From the IMG/VR virus record IMGVR_UViG_3300024333_000003: 64,000 bases of DNA. The stretch is one strand, 5' to 3'. The notes below the pieces were generated by a model. That model ran no database searches and was not told the origin of the DNA. It worked only from the letters and a program-made list of their open reading frames with translations. Source of the DNA: a virus. Taxonomy: Duplodnaviria; Heunggongvirae; Uroviricota; Caudoviricetes. Below are positions 8,537 to 18,302 of this stretch, piece by piece (the stretch's first letter is position 1; each line of letters begins with the position of its first letter). Both the position numbers and the translations under genes were made by a program.

Positions 8537-10521
8537 AATCCCATACTTAATCCAGTGGCTAGGTCGATACCTATACCAGTGGCTATTCCTTTTCCAATAT
8601 TTTTATTAAACTCATTTTTCGATGAGGTGGCTGCAGTTACCGCAGTACCAATTACAGGGCCAGCAACCAATGATGGTAACAAATATTCTTTTGTCATATG
8701 TTTCCAATCTATTCCGCCCGTCTTTGGCATATTTGCCAAATTATCACCCAGAATCGGTATACTATCTTCGGTTTGCATTTGTTGTGGATCGTCCGGCGGT
8801 ATACGCATTTCCTTTAATCTGGCTATGTTTAATTGCGCATCTGGTCTTGTTGGTTTAAATTTCAGTTTAATTAATCCAGTCTTAGTAAATGCTGGATGAT
8901 AATTACTCATAGAATCTCCTAATACAGGCATTGGTGCAGATGTATCGTTTAATGTAGCTGTCTGAACAGTCTTTAAACCTTTATGTATTTTTGGATCCGG
9001 TGCTTTTTTGTGAAACGGTTCAAGTAATGCAGCTTGTTTGCGTCTTGGCCAAGTTTCACTTCTAATGTCTTTGTATACAGGCATACGAAGTGCACCACTT
9101 GGTAATTTCTCCTGCGCCAGCACACGCGCTACCTGTCCTACATATTTATTTGGAAGTTCAAACATTTCTTTTCTCATTTGATCTGTGAATCCACTACCAA
9201 CCCGACCAATTTCCTCTTTACCATTGTATGAATAAGTAAATCCACCAGCAGCTTTATTTTTATATTTTCCTTCCCCCGGAAATACCGACATTATACGTAC
9301 ATCATAATCTTTGAATAATTTTGCCTTCAATGGTACCGACTTATTTAAATCATATACTACAACGCCCTCTTGTGTTAACGGATGGTTGCCAGAACGTATT
9401 TCATCTAGTAATACTTGTTTTTCATTTATAGTCGTCGCTAGCGGCGGCATTTTTAATTCTGGTATTTCTTTTGAAATATTTTTTAGTATCTCGAGTTTTT
9501 CACTATATGGATGACTACTTACATCTTTACCTTGATAACGAACCACATCAAAAACTACATGATCAAGCGGCGCGTTTTCTTGGAGTTCTCTTGAACGCCA
9601 TACATTTGACAATAATCTAGCTGCAGTGTCTCTTGATGATAAAACATTACCAGATGTTCTATCTTTTGCAAATAGTTCTCCTAATAATACTGTTTTGCCT
9701 GGCATACTCTCCGGAACTATTGCAGTATGAAGTCCAGTACGAAACGTATGATTAATTAACTTTGCAGGTCCTTTCTTGCTTGGACGATAAGAGTATATTT
9801 CAATAGGCATTCCACGTCTAAGCAAAAACGCATTCATTGCTCCATCATACTTCGGTGCTAATATCTCGGTCGACTTTGTTACATCGATGGATTCAGGCTT
9901 TATACTTTGAAATTTAGGTTTCGAAATGTTAACTTCTGGTCGAGTATCTCGCGTAGGTGTAGAGTTCATAAACAGCCAATCATCCCCACCAGTATGTATT
10001 AAAGTATATTTTTCAGTGTCGCCATTAGACTTATACACATTAAAAGATACATGATCAGGTGTACTTTTAGTAACTTCAACCTTATCCGCTGAGAATAACT
10101 TTACTGTTCCAGCGCCGTAACCTGATTTGATTTCACCAGACCATGCCGAGTACTCTGCAGTATGATCAGGTTGATGCACAGCAAGAACTTTTTCGCCTGG
10201 AAACTTAGGTAAGTTACGAGCGGCCCAACTATGTGCAATTCCGGTACGTGGATCAACAAGTCGTAAATCGAAATGTTCTCCAGCCTTATGCGCTTTATGC
10301 TGTTGCACATTAAAGTGCCAATTTTCTGGTGTAGAGAATTCGCGTGGACGTGTTTTTACGTCCCGATCAGGAATACCTAAAGCACCTGCTTTTCCTTTAT
10401 GCTTAAAATATTCAACCTGTTGAAGTCTATGTACAGCCGCTGAACGTGATGAATACGGCCCGCCCAAATTCTTGCCTTTTTCGGACAATACGTGCCAACC
10501 GTCTTTTCTATGTACTATCAT
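8488..10521 (-). CDS. LigD-type 3'-phosphoesterase (PE) domain fused to an ATP-dependent polynucleotide ligase, with a C-terminal Gly-zipper/hydrophobic tail
   Basis: N-terminus EHFDLRLV...AHSWAARNLP...YGAGTVKLFSADK matches the LigD PE signature (H.D.RLE...SWAVPKGP...YGAG). Ligase motif I KYDG in APKYDGAMNAF. Motif IV EGVVVYDL. C-terminus VAGPVIGTAVTAA...GIATGIGIDLATGLSMGLW. Confidence 0.75.
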   Translation of the reverse strand: MIVHRKDGWHVLSEKGKNLGGPYSSRSAAVHRLQQVEYFKHKGKAGALGIPDRDVKTRPREFSTPENWHFNVQQHKAHKAGEHFDLRLVDPRTGIAHSWAARNLPKFPGEKVLAVHQPDHTAEYSAWSGEIKSGYGAGTVKLFSADKVEVTKSTPDHVSFNVYKSNGDTEKYTLIHTGGDDWLFMNSTPTRDTRPEVNISKPKFQSIKPESIDVTKSTEILAPKYDGAMNAFLLRRGMPIEIYSYRPSKKGPAKLINHTFRTGLHTAIVPESMPGKTVLLGELFAKDRTSGNVLSSRDTAARLLSNVWRSRELQENAPLDHVVFDVVRYQGKDVSSHPYSEKLEILKNISKEIPELKMPPLATTINEKQVLLDEIRSGNHPLTQEGVVVYDLNKSVPLKAKLFKDYDVRIMSVFPGEGKYKNKAAGGFTYSYNGKEEIGRVGSGFTDQMRKEMFELPNKYVGQVARVLAQEKLPSGALRMPVYKDIRSETWPRRKQAALLEPFHKKAPDPKIHKGLKTVQTATLNDTSAPMPVLGDSMSNYHPAFTKTGLIKLKFKPTRPDAQLNIARLKEMRIPPDDPQQMQTEDSIPILGDNLANMPKTGGIDWKHMTKEYLLPSLVAGPVIGTAVTAATSSKNEFNKNIGKGIATGIGIDLATGLSMGLWNQRKNLKKLFKTKL

Positions 10522-10540
10522 ATCTAATAATACTAAAAAA

Positions 10541-11566
10541 TTACGACCGGCGCAATACGTTTCTCCAATAAATTAAAAGATCCTTATTTATATCATCAAG
10601 ACCTTTTGTTGGTTTCCATCCAGTAGCTTGCATAAATTTAGTACAATCGGGTATTTGTAGTGTAATATCAGTAGGCCTGATTAATGCTAAATCTATTTCT
10701 ATTTTGAAATCAGTTGGTTGTATATAACTTTTAGATATTAAATCATTTAATGCTTCACCGACAGTACATGTGTGATTGCCACCTATATTATAAACTTCGC
10801 CGACTGTACATTTATTGGCGGCTAACCAATAAGCATGTACAGCATCGTCTATATGAGCATAAGTGCGCACAGAATTAAGATTTCCCACACGAATTATATA
10901 TTTTGAATTTCCATAAGAGCGATTATTTATATCTTGTCTATACTGCATTTCGCCTTGTACAATTTGATATGCAAAACTAGATAATGCAAATTTCCTTCCC
11001 CGGCGTGCACCTTCGTGACTAAACATCCTGGTAGTTATTATTTTTAATCCAAATGCTTTATGATAATACTGTGACATCAGATCGTGTCCGACTTTTGATA
11101 TACTATATGGATTTGCCGCTCTAATTGGGTTAGTTTCTTTTATAGGCACTTCTGAAGGATCCGGCATACCATATACTTCGCTGGAACTAACACTTACTAT
11201 AATCGGATCTATACGGCCATCTAATACCGCAAGATGTATTTCATCTAATAAATTGGCAGTTCCAATGATATTTGTTTGTAAAGTATGTATCGGATAAATA
11301 AAACTCGTTTCAGGAAAACTCTGGGCGGCAAAATGCCAAATAATATCTGGTTTTGCTTTTCGCAATAACAAACTTAGACTGCCACGATCCATCAGATCCG
11401 CCTCTATGAAATTGACTCGCGGATTACCGTACAAATGTACTATATTCTCGTCACGACTGCGCCAACGTCTAGAAGCGTAAATCATGCCATCAGTATTAGC
11501 TAATAAATAATCAATCATATGTGAACCAACAAATCCAGTGGCACCGGTTATAAGATAATTAGGCAT
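10541..11566 (-). CDS. NDP-sugar 4,6-dehydratase (GDP-mannose/dTDP-glucose dehydratase family)
   Basis: GATGFVGSHMIDYL Rossmann motif. KETNPIRAANPYSISKVGHDLM matches the dehydratase TxxPxxPxSPYxxSK motif. Confidence 0.75.
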   Translation of the reverse strand: MPNYLITGATGFVGSHMIDYLLANTDGMIYASRRWRSRDENIVHLYGNPRVNFIEADLMDRGSLSLLLRKAKPDIIWHFAAQSFPETSFIYPIHTLQTNIIGTANLLDEIHLAVLDGRIDPIIVSVSSSEVYGMPDPSEVPIKETNPIRAANPYSISKVGHDLMSQYYHKAFGLKIITTRMFSHEGARRGRKFALSSFAYQIVQGEMQYRQDINNRSYGNSKYIIRVGNLNSVRTYAHIDDAVHAYWLAANKCTVGEVYNIGGNHTCTVGEALNDLISKSYIQPTDFKIEIDLALIRPTDITLQIPDCTKFMQATGWKPTKGLDDINKDLLIYWRNVLRRS

Positions 11567-12068
11567 TTCTATCCCTTTCTGATATAATAATGTTCTCTTT
11601 TGCTATCGGCCAGTAAATTCCTAGATAAGGATTAAATGGAGCTATAGTAAACTGCGACGCACGTTCATAATATGTAGTCTGCTTATAACTATACACGATA
11701 ATGTCCGTCATAGCTAGCAGACTATTGCCGAATCCTGGCGGCACTAATAACTGATAACGATTTTTGTCATTTAGTGTAAATGCTTGCCATTGATAATATG
11801 TTTTAGACTCTTTGTTATTATCAATAATAACAACGTATATACTGCCGTACACACATTGTACCAATTTCCATGTTTTAAAATCACCGTGGAATCCTCGAAG
11901 GACATGCTTGTATGAAATTGAAATATCATCTTGTATAAATTCATCTGGTACATTTAATGCTTTGTAGTTCTCTTTGTTGAAGGTCTCTAAGTATTCGCCA
12001 CGAAAATCATAGAATACCTCTGGTATAATTAATTTTGCTTTTTCAAATTTAGTGTCTATTATCTTCAT
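11559..12068 (-). CDS. RmlC-like cupin (dTDP-4-dehydrorhamnose 3,5-epimerase family)
   Basis: 169-aa cupin-like protein (FHGDFKTWKLVQCVYGSIYVVIID) located in a sugar cluster. Confidence 0.6.
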   Translation of the reverse strand: MKIIDTKFEKAKLIIPEVFYDFRGEYLETFNKENYKALNVPDEFIQDDISISYKHVLRGFHGDFKTWKLVQCVYGSIYVVIIDNNKESKTYYQWQAFTLNDKNRYQLLVPPGFGNSLLAMTDIIVYSYKQTTYYERASQFTIAPFNPYLGIYWPIAKENIIISERDRNA

Positions 12069-13047
12069 TAAAATAATTCTTTCTCTTTAAATACTCTTCT
12101 TTGTTTGCTAAAAACCATTTCCACGTATGTTCTAATCCATCGCGTAATGTAGTGATAGGTTCAAAGTTTATTAACATACGCGCTTTCGTTATATCCATAA
12201 CGCGTTTTGGAAATCCGTTTGATTTTGTTGTATCCCATTCATGATTGAAATCAATAAACTCATGTAGTGTATCAACTAAATTTTTTATTGTATAATCCTT
12301 GCCACTGCCCAAATTAATATAATTTACATCTGGCATATAATGCATTGCTTGTATAATACCCTCAGCTACATCTACATTATAAGCAAAGTCACGAATTGCT
12401 GAACCATCCCCCCATATTTTTACAGGGTTCTCGCCCGAAGCAATACGATACATCAACGAAGGCACAACCATTGCATTATTTGGATCGAAGTTATCTCCAG
12501 GACCATAGACATTACAAGGACGCAATACGACAAAATTTTTAATACCGTATTGTTCTTTATAAGCCTGTATTTGTAACTCAGCCATGCGCTTTGCCCAACC
12601 TGGATACATATCCATCGGTAGCCCTTGCGTTATACCGTCTTCGTGAAATATTTCAGCACTTTCGTATGCGCCAATAGAACTAGTGAAGGCGACTTTTTTT
12701 ACGTTATTAATACGACATGCTTCAAGTATGTTTGTATTAAATTGTAACAAGGGCACAAAAAAACTAGCTGGTTTCGTTTTTGTAACTTCAATCGATCCTT
12801 TGATACCCGCCAAATGAAATACATAATCCATTCCTTTAGTTATAAACTCTGCGGCATTGAAATATCGTAGATCCAAATATACATATTCTGCTAATCGATT
12901 TGGCTGAAGATCGTCTAATGATACCACAGTAACGATGGCGCCGGCGTTAACTAAAATATCAACAACAGGACGACCTATTAATCCTGTGCCGCCTATTACC
13001 AAAACTTTCTTTCCTCTAAATTCATCGTATTCTGATTGTCTCAACAT
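12049..13047 (-). CDS. NAD-dependent sugar epimerase/reductase. The start is trimmed to the internal Met; the track ORF extends to 13128.
   Basis: KKVLVIGGTGLIGRPVVD Rossmann motif. TAATG overlap with the upstream SDR gene at 13047. Confidence 0.65.
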   Translation of the reverse strand: MLRQSEYDEFRGKKVLVIGGTGLIGRPVVDILVNAGAIVTVVSLDDLQPNRLAEYVYLDLRYFNAAEFITKGMDYVFHLAGIKGSIEVTKTKPASFFVPLLQFNTNILEACRINNVKKVAFTSSIGAYESAEIFHEDGITQGLPMDMYPGWAKRMAELQIQAYKEQYGIKNFVVLRPCNVYGPGDNFDPNNAMVVPSLMYRIASGENPVKIWGDGSAIRDFAYNVDVAEGIIQAMHYMPDVNYINLGSGKDYTIKNLVDTLHEFIDFNHEWDTTKSNGFPKRVMDITKARMLINFEPITTLRDGLEHTWKWFLANKEEYLKRKNYFNEDNRH

Positions 13048-13778
13048 TAAAAACTCCTGCTTTCTCCGCCATCTGCGGTTATACATGCTCCATTTATTAA
13101 ACTCGCCTCTTCCGAACATAAGAAGCAAACCAAAGCGGCAACTTCTTCCGGCGTTCCCATACGCCCTAACGGTAATGTTTCCTCGAATGTACTTCTTTCT
13201 TCCGGCGTTAATTTATCCCATCCCGTCCCAGGAATTGCTATCGCACCAGGACATACCGTATTAAATGTAATATTATGTCGAACCAGTTCTTTTCGTATCG
13301 CTAACGATTTCATTAACGCAATCTCAGCTGCTTTTGCTACAGTGAACCACGGACGTCCTCCGGATTCCTTACCATAGATGGACGAAATAGTAACAACGCG
13401 GCCAAAATTATTTTGTTTCATCCACGGCAACGCGGCCAGGGTTAACTGTCGTGCCGTTTCATAATTTTTTAATATCACACCATCCCAAGATTCTTCGGGA
13501 GTTGTTAAAACATCATCTGTACCCCAACGCCCTCCACCTCCTACATTATTTATAAGAATGTCGATATGTAGATTCTTTATCTGTTCAGCAACTTTTCCTA
13601 TATCTACTGTGTTCGTAAAATCGGCTTGTATACCTTCATATACATAGGAATGAGCTAAATCATCTACATGTCGAGCAGCTATATAAATATGTTCGTTACG
13701 GTCGTCGATAGCAAATCTGTTAGCGATGGCCCATCCGATACCATGCGTTCCGCCAGTTATTAGTACATTCATCTCCAA
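13047..13778 (-). CDS. short-chain dehydrogenase/reductase (SDR)
   Basis: LITGGTHGIGWAIANRFA TGxxxGxG motif. SIYGKE...YTVAKAA YxxxK motif. Confidence 0.7.
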   Translation of the reverse strand: MEMNVLITGGTHGIGWAIANRFAIDDRNEHIYIAARHVDDLAHSYVYEGIQADFTNTVDIGKVAEQIKNLHIDILINNVGGGGRWGTDDVLTTPEESWDGVILKNYETARQLTLAALPWMKQNNFGRVVTISSIYGKESGGRPWFTVAKAAEIALMKSLAIRKELVRHNITFNTVCPGAIAIPGTGWDKLTPEERSTFEETLPLGRMGTPEEVAALVCFLCSEEASLINGACITADGGESRSF

Positions 13779-14473
13779 TTCACCTTTCTTAAATGATATT
13801 TAGATGCATTTACATCTCTAGGTATACAGTACAATAGCCCACGATAAGTTTTCTGTGGGGCTGACCATATGAATTTTAACGTATCTCTCATTTCATCGTC
13901 AAGCAACAACGGATCCATTTTACCATCTATGAAGTCTTTCTCGGTTACTATATCGCAGGCTTCTTTATAATTGGTATAAAAAGAAAATCGCGGATTTATC
14001 TTCAAAAGGTTATCACGCACTATCTCAAAATCCAAAGGTATGCCGTCATATGTAATATGGCCTAATCCGTTTCTAGTATCAAAATCATGTATTATAATGA
14101 TACAGTTATTGGATGGGGCCATTGATGCTAATTCTTGTTTTACAACAAAACGTAATTCTTTAGGTAGACTGGGATCGTAAAAATGAGCATCCAAATAATA
14201 AATGAGCGGTTCATTTAATGTTGTAGATATATATTTTAAGAATTTTGAACTATCCATGTGGAAAATTTTTATATTATGTTTATTTATAGTTCTTAACACA
14301 ACATCAGTATAAAAATCCTCAATGATTTCACATGAATAAGCGTGTTTAAAATAACGCGCCGCTATTTGTATTCCTTGTCCTCGAAATGTGCCTGTTTCTA
14401 TATATGTTTCTACTTTAAATTCCCTTGCTAACCCCTTAATTGTATTCACGGCACCATGATCAGTCCACGACAT
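13769..14473 (-). CDS. putative SAM-dependent O-methyltransferase (TylF/MycF, macrocin-O-MTase-like)
   Basis: YIETGTFRGQG resembles the TylF-family E.G.(F/Y)RG.S motif. Confidence 0.5.
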   Translation of the reverse strand: MSWTDHGAVNTIKGLAREFKVETYIETGTFRGQGIQIAARYFKHAYSCEIIEDFYTDVVLRTINKHNIKIFHMDSSKFLKYISTTLNEPLIYYLDAHFYDPSLPKELRFVVKQELASMAPSNNCIIIIHDFDTRNGLGHITYDGIPLDFEIVRDNLLKINPRFSFYTNYKEACDIVTEKDFIDGKMDPLLLDDEMRDTLKFIWSAPQKTYRGLLYCIPRDVNASKYHLRKVNWR

Positions 14474-15371
14474 TATTACTCTCCACTTTCTTTAAAAATT
14501 TATTATTGATATAAATACGATCTCCCGCTATATTACAATATTCATCTTCAAACGCATAAACATTTAATTTCTTGTCCAACCCATGTTGTAATAAAAGCGA
14601 TGCTACAATAGAGGCTAATCCACCTATTTTTGAATGTTCCTCATATACTATTAATTCTTGATATGGTTTTATGGCTTTCAGAAATTCACCCTCATCTAAT
14701 GGTTTTAATCGCTCTACACAAATGCATCCAGCCTCCGGAAAAGTATCCAATGCTTCGTGCGTTAAAGTGCCATAAGTTAAAACGGCCCGAGTTCTTCCTT
14801 GCCTCAAAACATGAACATAATTATTGGAAGTTATTGCTGGTAAGTCTGGATAAATTCCTTTGTCAAGTCGAATATACCGAGGTGTCGTTGAGTTCTTGAG
14901 AATATGTACCGAATTCCTCATACTACTTTCATCAAAAGGTACAAAAATTTCAATATTAGGTAATGTATTCAAGATTCCTATGTCTTGTGGTATATGATGT
15001 GTTAATCCATCATAACTATAACTCATCCCACCACCGATGCCTATTAACGTAACAGGTAACTTCATAGCACATAGATTTACTTTTATCTGTTCTAAGGCAC
15101 GTTGAATAAGAAATGCGGCAATAGTGTATACATATATTCTCTTACCTTCCATTGCCATGCCGGCAGCAACGTTTATGAGATTCTGTTCTGATATACCAAC
15201 ATTGACAAATTGTTTTGGATATTTTGCTTTAAATTTGTCTAATTCGGTAGCACCCATGTCGGCTGATAATATAAATACATCTTTAGATGTATCTGCCAAT
15301 AATATTAATTCATTAAAAATAGCATCACGCAAGTCCATATGATAATTCCTCCAATGCAGAAATTGTATCAC
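14460..15371 (-). CDS. transketolase, C-terminal (pyrimidine-binding) subunit of a split transketolase
   Basis: FVNVGISEQNLINVAAGMA. Confidence 0.75.
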   Translation of the reverse strand: MIQFLHWRNYHMDLRDAIFNELILLADTSKDVFILSADMGATELDKFKAKYPKQFVNVGISEQNLINVAAGMAMEGKRIYVYTIAAFLIQRALEQIKVNLCAMKLPVTLIGIGGGMSYSYDGLTHHIPQDIGILNTLPNIEIFVPFDESSMRNSVHILKNSTTPRYIRLDKGIYPDLPAITSNNYVHVLRQGRTRAVLTYGTLTHEALDTFPEAGCICVERLKPLDEGEFLKAIKPYQELIVYEEHSKIGGLASIVASLLLQHGLDKKLNVYAFEDEYCNIAGDRIYINNKFLKKVESNNVVD

Positions 15372-16104
15372 CCTTATTTGGTAATCCGTGGTGACTTGTT
15401 ACATTATTCTCCATAAAGGATATTCCTTTACCTTTTACTGTACGAGCTATATAAACTGTCGGTGTTACTATAGATGCATTTTTATAGGCTTCTATCAAAT
15501 GCAAAATATTGTGTCCATCCACAACATACGACATCCATCCAAATGCCGACCATATTTTCATTAACTGTCTATATGTGGTGTTTTTATCCACAGCATCGGT
15601 GGACTGAAATCCATTGCAATCAACAATGACTCGTAAATTTGTTAGGGCATGAACAGCTGCAAAACGTACGGCTTCCCACACTGACCCCTCATTGCACTCG
15701 CCATCTCCCATTAATACAAAAACATTGTCCGGAGTATTATTAAGTTTTTTGGCAAAAGCTATTCCTGCGCCAATACCAAGTCCATTACCTAACGATCCTG
15801 TTATAGTTATGATTCCAGGAATATGATTGTTAGGATGCTCTGATAACAAACTACCATTTTTGCAGAATGTATGTAATTCGGTGTTAGATATAATGTTACG
15901 TTCCGCAAGTACAGTATATAAAGCAATCCCAGAATGGCCTTTACTTAAAATAAATTTAGTATCATTTGTAACAATATCGCCATAATATAACGACACTAAT
16001 ATGTCCATGCATGACAACGCACCGCCAAGATGACCGCGACCAGCCCTTACCGCAGTCTCAAACATTTTCTTACGTAATTGTTTAGCCTTTAAATTCAGAT
16101 CCAT
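15325..16104 (-). CDS. transketolase, N-terminal (ThDP-binding) subunit of a split transketolase
   Basis: GHLGGALSCMDILVSLYY. ThDP motif GDGECNEGSVWEA. Confidence 0.8.
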   Translation of the reverse strand: MDLNLKAKQLRKKMFETAVRAGRGHLGGALSCMDILVSLYYGDIVTNDTKFILSKGHSGIALYTVLAERNIISNTELHTFCKNGSLLSEHPNNHIPGIITITGSLGNGLGIGAGIAFAKKLNNTPDNVFVLMGDGECNEGSVWEAVRFAAVHALTNLRVIVDCNGFQSTDAVDKNTTYRQLMKIWSAFGWMSYVVDGHNILHLIEAYKNASIVTPTVYIARTVKGKGISFMENNVTSHHGLPNKGDTISALEELSYGLA

Positions 16105-17035
16105 ACCATTTCATTGTTTTAAAAATACCCTGTGAAAATGTATGTAGCGGCTTCCATCCATAGTCAACTAATGCTTTATTATTATCTAACGCTAGAATAG
16201 TTGGAATCGCGGGTTTAGAAGTGTCATATGTTATTTTTAAATCCTTGCCTGATTGCACTATAATACTTTCAACCATTTCTTTTACAGTTATAGCTTTGCC
16301 ATAAGACACATTCACTAAATCGTATGGTTTATGTTGTAAGTTAATAGCCAAATCAATAAAATGTACTACATCGTCGACATAGATCAAATCGCGTGCTGTA
16401 TCAGTGCCATTACCCCACACCGTAATCGTGTCTCCGTACTCCGCATCCATTACTTTTCTAACCGTGGCGCCGAATACATGTGAGTGCTCATAATCATATT
16501 TATCTTGTGGTCCAAAAGTATTCGAATGTCGTATAACCATATGTTTAGTACGACCTAATCTTGAATAAAATTCACACATTTTTTCGATATATACCTTAGT
16601 CCACCCGACACCAAAATAAGCCGGTACTATTTTATCCGATTCATCATAGTCCGTTTCTTTTCTCGGCGTGTCCCCAGGTTGATACATCACCCCACAACTC
16701 AGGAATATAAACTGCGGTACACTGTGTTCATAAGCCGCACGTAATAACAATGAGTTCATTACAGCATTGTCAGTTACATGTATGTAAGGTTTTGTTGTTA
16801 TATCTTTCGATCCAGATGTTGTTGCGGCTGCTTGAATTATTACATCATATGGGCCATAACTCATCACATGATCTACGCCTTTTTGCGTTGTTAGATCGCA
16901 CGATAATAATTTTATATTATCAGGACAATTTGCTTTAGTATGAGCAACGCCCACTACTTCGTAATCGTGTCTAAAATAATACGAAATATTATACCCCATA
17001 AATCCTGTGCAACCACAAACTAATATTTTTTTCAT
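16082..17035 (-). CDS. NAD-dependent epimerase/dehydratase family protein
   Basis: MKKILVCGCTGFMGYNISYYF Rossmann N-terminus. Confidence 0.7.
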   Translation of the reverse strand: MKKILVCGCTGFMGYNISYYFRHDYEVVGVAHTKANCPDNIKLLSCDLTTQKGVDHVMSYGPYDVIIQAAATTSGSKDITTKPYIHVTDNAVMNSLLLRAAYEHSVPQFIFLSCGVMYQPGDTPRKETDYDESDKIVPAYFGVGWTKVYIEKMCEFYSRLGRTKHMVIRHSNTFGPQDKYDYEHSHVFGATVRKVMDAEYGDTITVWGNGTDTARDLIYVDDVVHFIDLAINLQHKPYDLVNVSYGKAITVKEMVESIIVQSGKDLKITYDTSKPAIPTILALDNNKALVDYGWKPLHTFSQGIFKTMKWYGSEFKG

Positions 17036-17745
17036 GTCCAGCTTCCTTTTTGCCCCTGTGATATTGTTAATAGATCATTATCCTTATAATGATCTACTGG
17101 TTTCTTTCTTTTCTGTTTCCCATATTCCCCATAAAGAAAATTTAAATACATACGATCTGCCGCACCATAATTATTTAACAATTGATGTGGCTGTGTTTCA
17201 TATGCAGCGATATCCCACAAAATTTGCACAAGTCCGCCTAATTCATAAAGACGTAATGCTCGATCCAGGTCCCAATATAATCCTATAAAATTAGTATCAA
17301 GCCCTCCGATTTCATCCGATGTTTCTCTAGATAAGAATCCATTTAAGGGCACTAACGGACTAGTCATAACATTCATATTGTAATGTTGTATACTCTCAAT
17401 ACTTATAAGATCTGCGGAGGCATATCTACCCGAAAACATTGTTTTTTTATTCGGTGCTTTTTCCCACGCGTCTACAAATCTAGCTAACATATCGTCAGGA
17501 TAACACATATCATCAGCCGTATTCATTATAAATCGACCGGTGCAGGCTCGTCTGGTAATCTCAATTGCCTGTGCGGGTTTAACCGACGTATGAATGTGTT
17601 TAAAATTATCGGGTAAAGTATATGATGGTATGTTAGGACCAGCAAATATCATTTCAAAGGAAACGCCTGCCTTGCGAAAATTCTCGTATAACTCAAGCCA
17701 AATATTAGTACGTATTGCCGCACCAAAAATACTTACCTCGATCAT
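17032..17745 (-). CDS. hypothetical protein (sugar cluster)
   Basis: ORF tightly packed with its neighbours. Confidence 0.3.
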   Translation of the reverse strand: MIEVSIFGAAIRTNIWLELYENFRKAGVSFEMIFAGPNIPSYTLPDNFKHIHTSVKPAQAIEITRRACTGRFIMNTADDMCYPDDMLARFVDAWEKAPNKKTMFSGRYASADLISIESIQHYNMNVMTSPLVPLNGFLSRETSDEIGGLDTNFIGLYWDLDRALRLYELGGLVQILWDIAAYETQPHQLLNNYGAADRMYLNFLYGEYGKQKRKKPVDHYKDNDLLTISQGQKGSWT

Positions 17746-18302
17746 GCCTCCACCTTATGATATAGATCACCGTATTCAATTAATATTGTAGACTTACCAT
17801 CTTCTCGGGTATATGCAATATAATAAGCATATAATATATCATACTTACTTTTTAATTGGACAACCTCAATTTCTCCGCGACATAATAACTTCAATGCCTC
17901 AGTATGATCCTGACAATGTTGAGGACCAGGATATAGCGGCTCGATAGCGCCGACGCTAGTTCGTATTATAATTTTAGGTTTATACCCGCCTTCGGATACT
18001 TTACGTATATTTGCCAAATGGTTAGTTATTTGATTCGCAGCTATGATTAAAAAGTCGGCTCTTGGATAAATACTGATTGGAACTATTCCTTCCAAGGCCA
18101 TACCAATACTAAGCCCCATCTGGAAATCTTCGAATACTGGTAATTCAATACGTTTTTCCATTGGCACATCTACTAAACTTTTAAATAAGGCATGACCGTC
18201 CCACACCACTGATTGTCCGATAAACTTTGTATTTGATTGTTCGCCCAAATACTTCATTGCTCGCTTTAATTCATCAAAATAGTCCATTAGAAATGTATCC
18301 AT
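17742..18302 (-). CDS. ThDP-enzyme beta subunit-like (E1-beta / transketolase pyrimidine-binding domain only)
   Basis: LPVFEDFQMGLSIGMALEG...ADFLIIAANQI resembles E1-beta/TK Pyr domains. Too short to carry the C-terminal domain. Confidence 0.55.
   Translation of the reverse strand: MDTFLMDYFDELKRAMKYLGEQSNTKFIGQSVVWDGHALFKSLVDVPMEKRIELPVFEDFQMGLSIGMALEGIVPISIYPRADFLIIAANQITNHLANIRKVSEGGYKPKIIIRTSVGAIEPLYPGPQHCQDHTEALKLLCRGEIEVVQLKSKYDILYAYYIAYTREDGKSTILIEYGDLYHKVEA

Noticed and set aside
12049-13128. N-terminal 27-aa extension of the epimerase ORF (and similar extensions for 18943-20382, 27361-27792, 43473-43802, 59460-59741, 60094-60624)
   Set aside because: The extensions overlap upstream genes and lack domain content. 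Internal Mets give classic ATGA/TAATG translational coupling or have proper RBSs, so the starts were trimmed.
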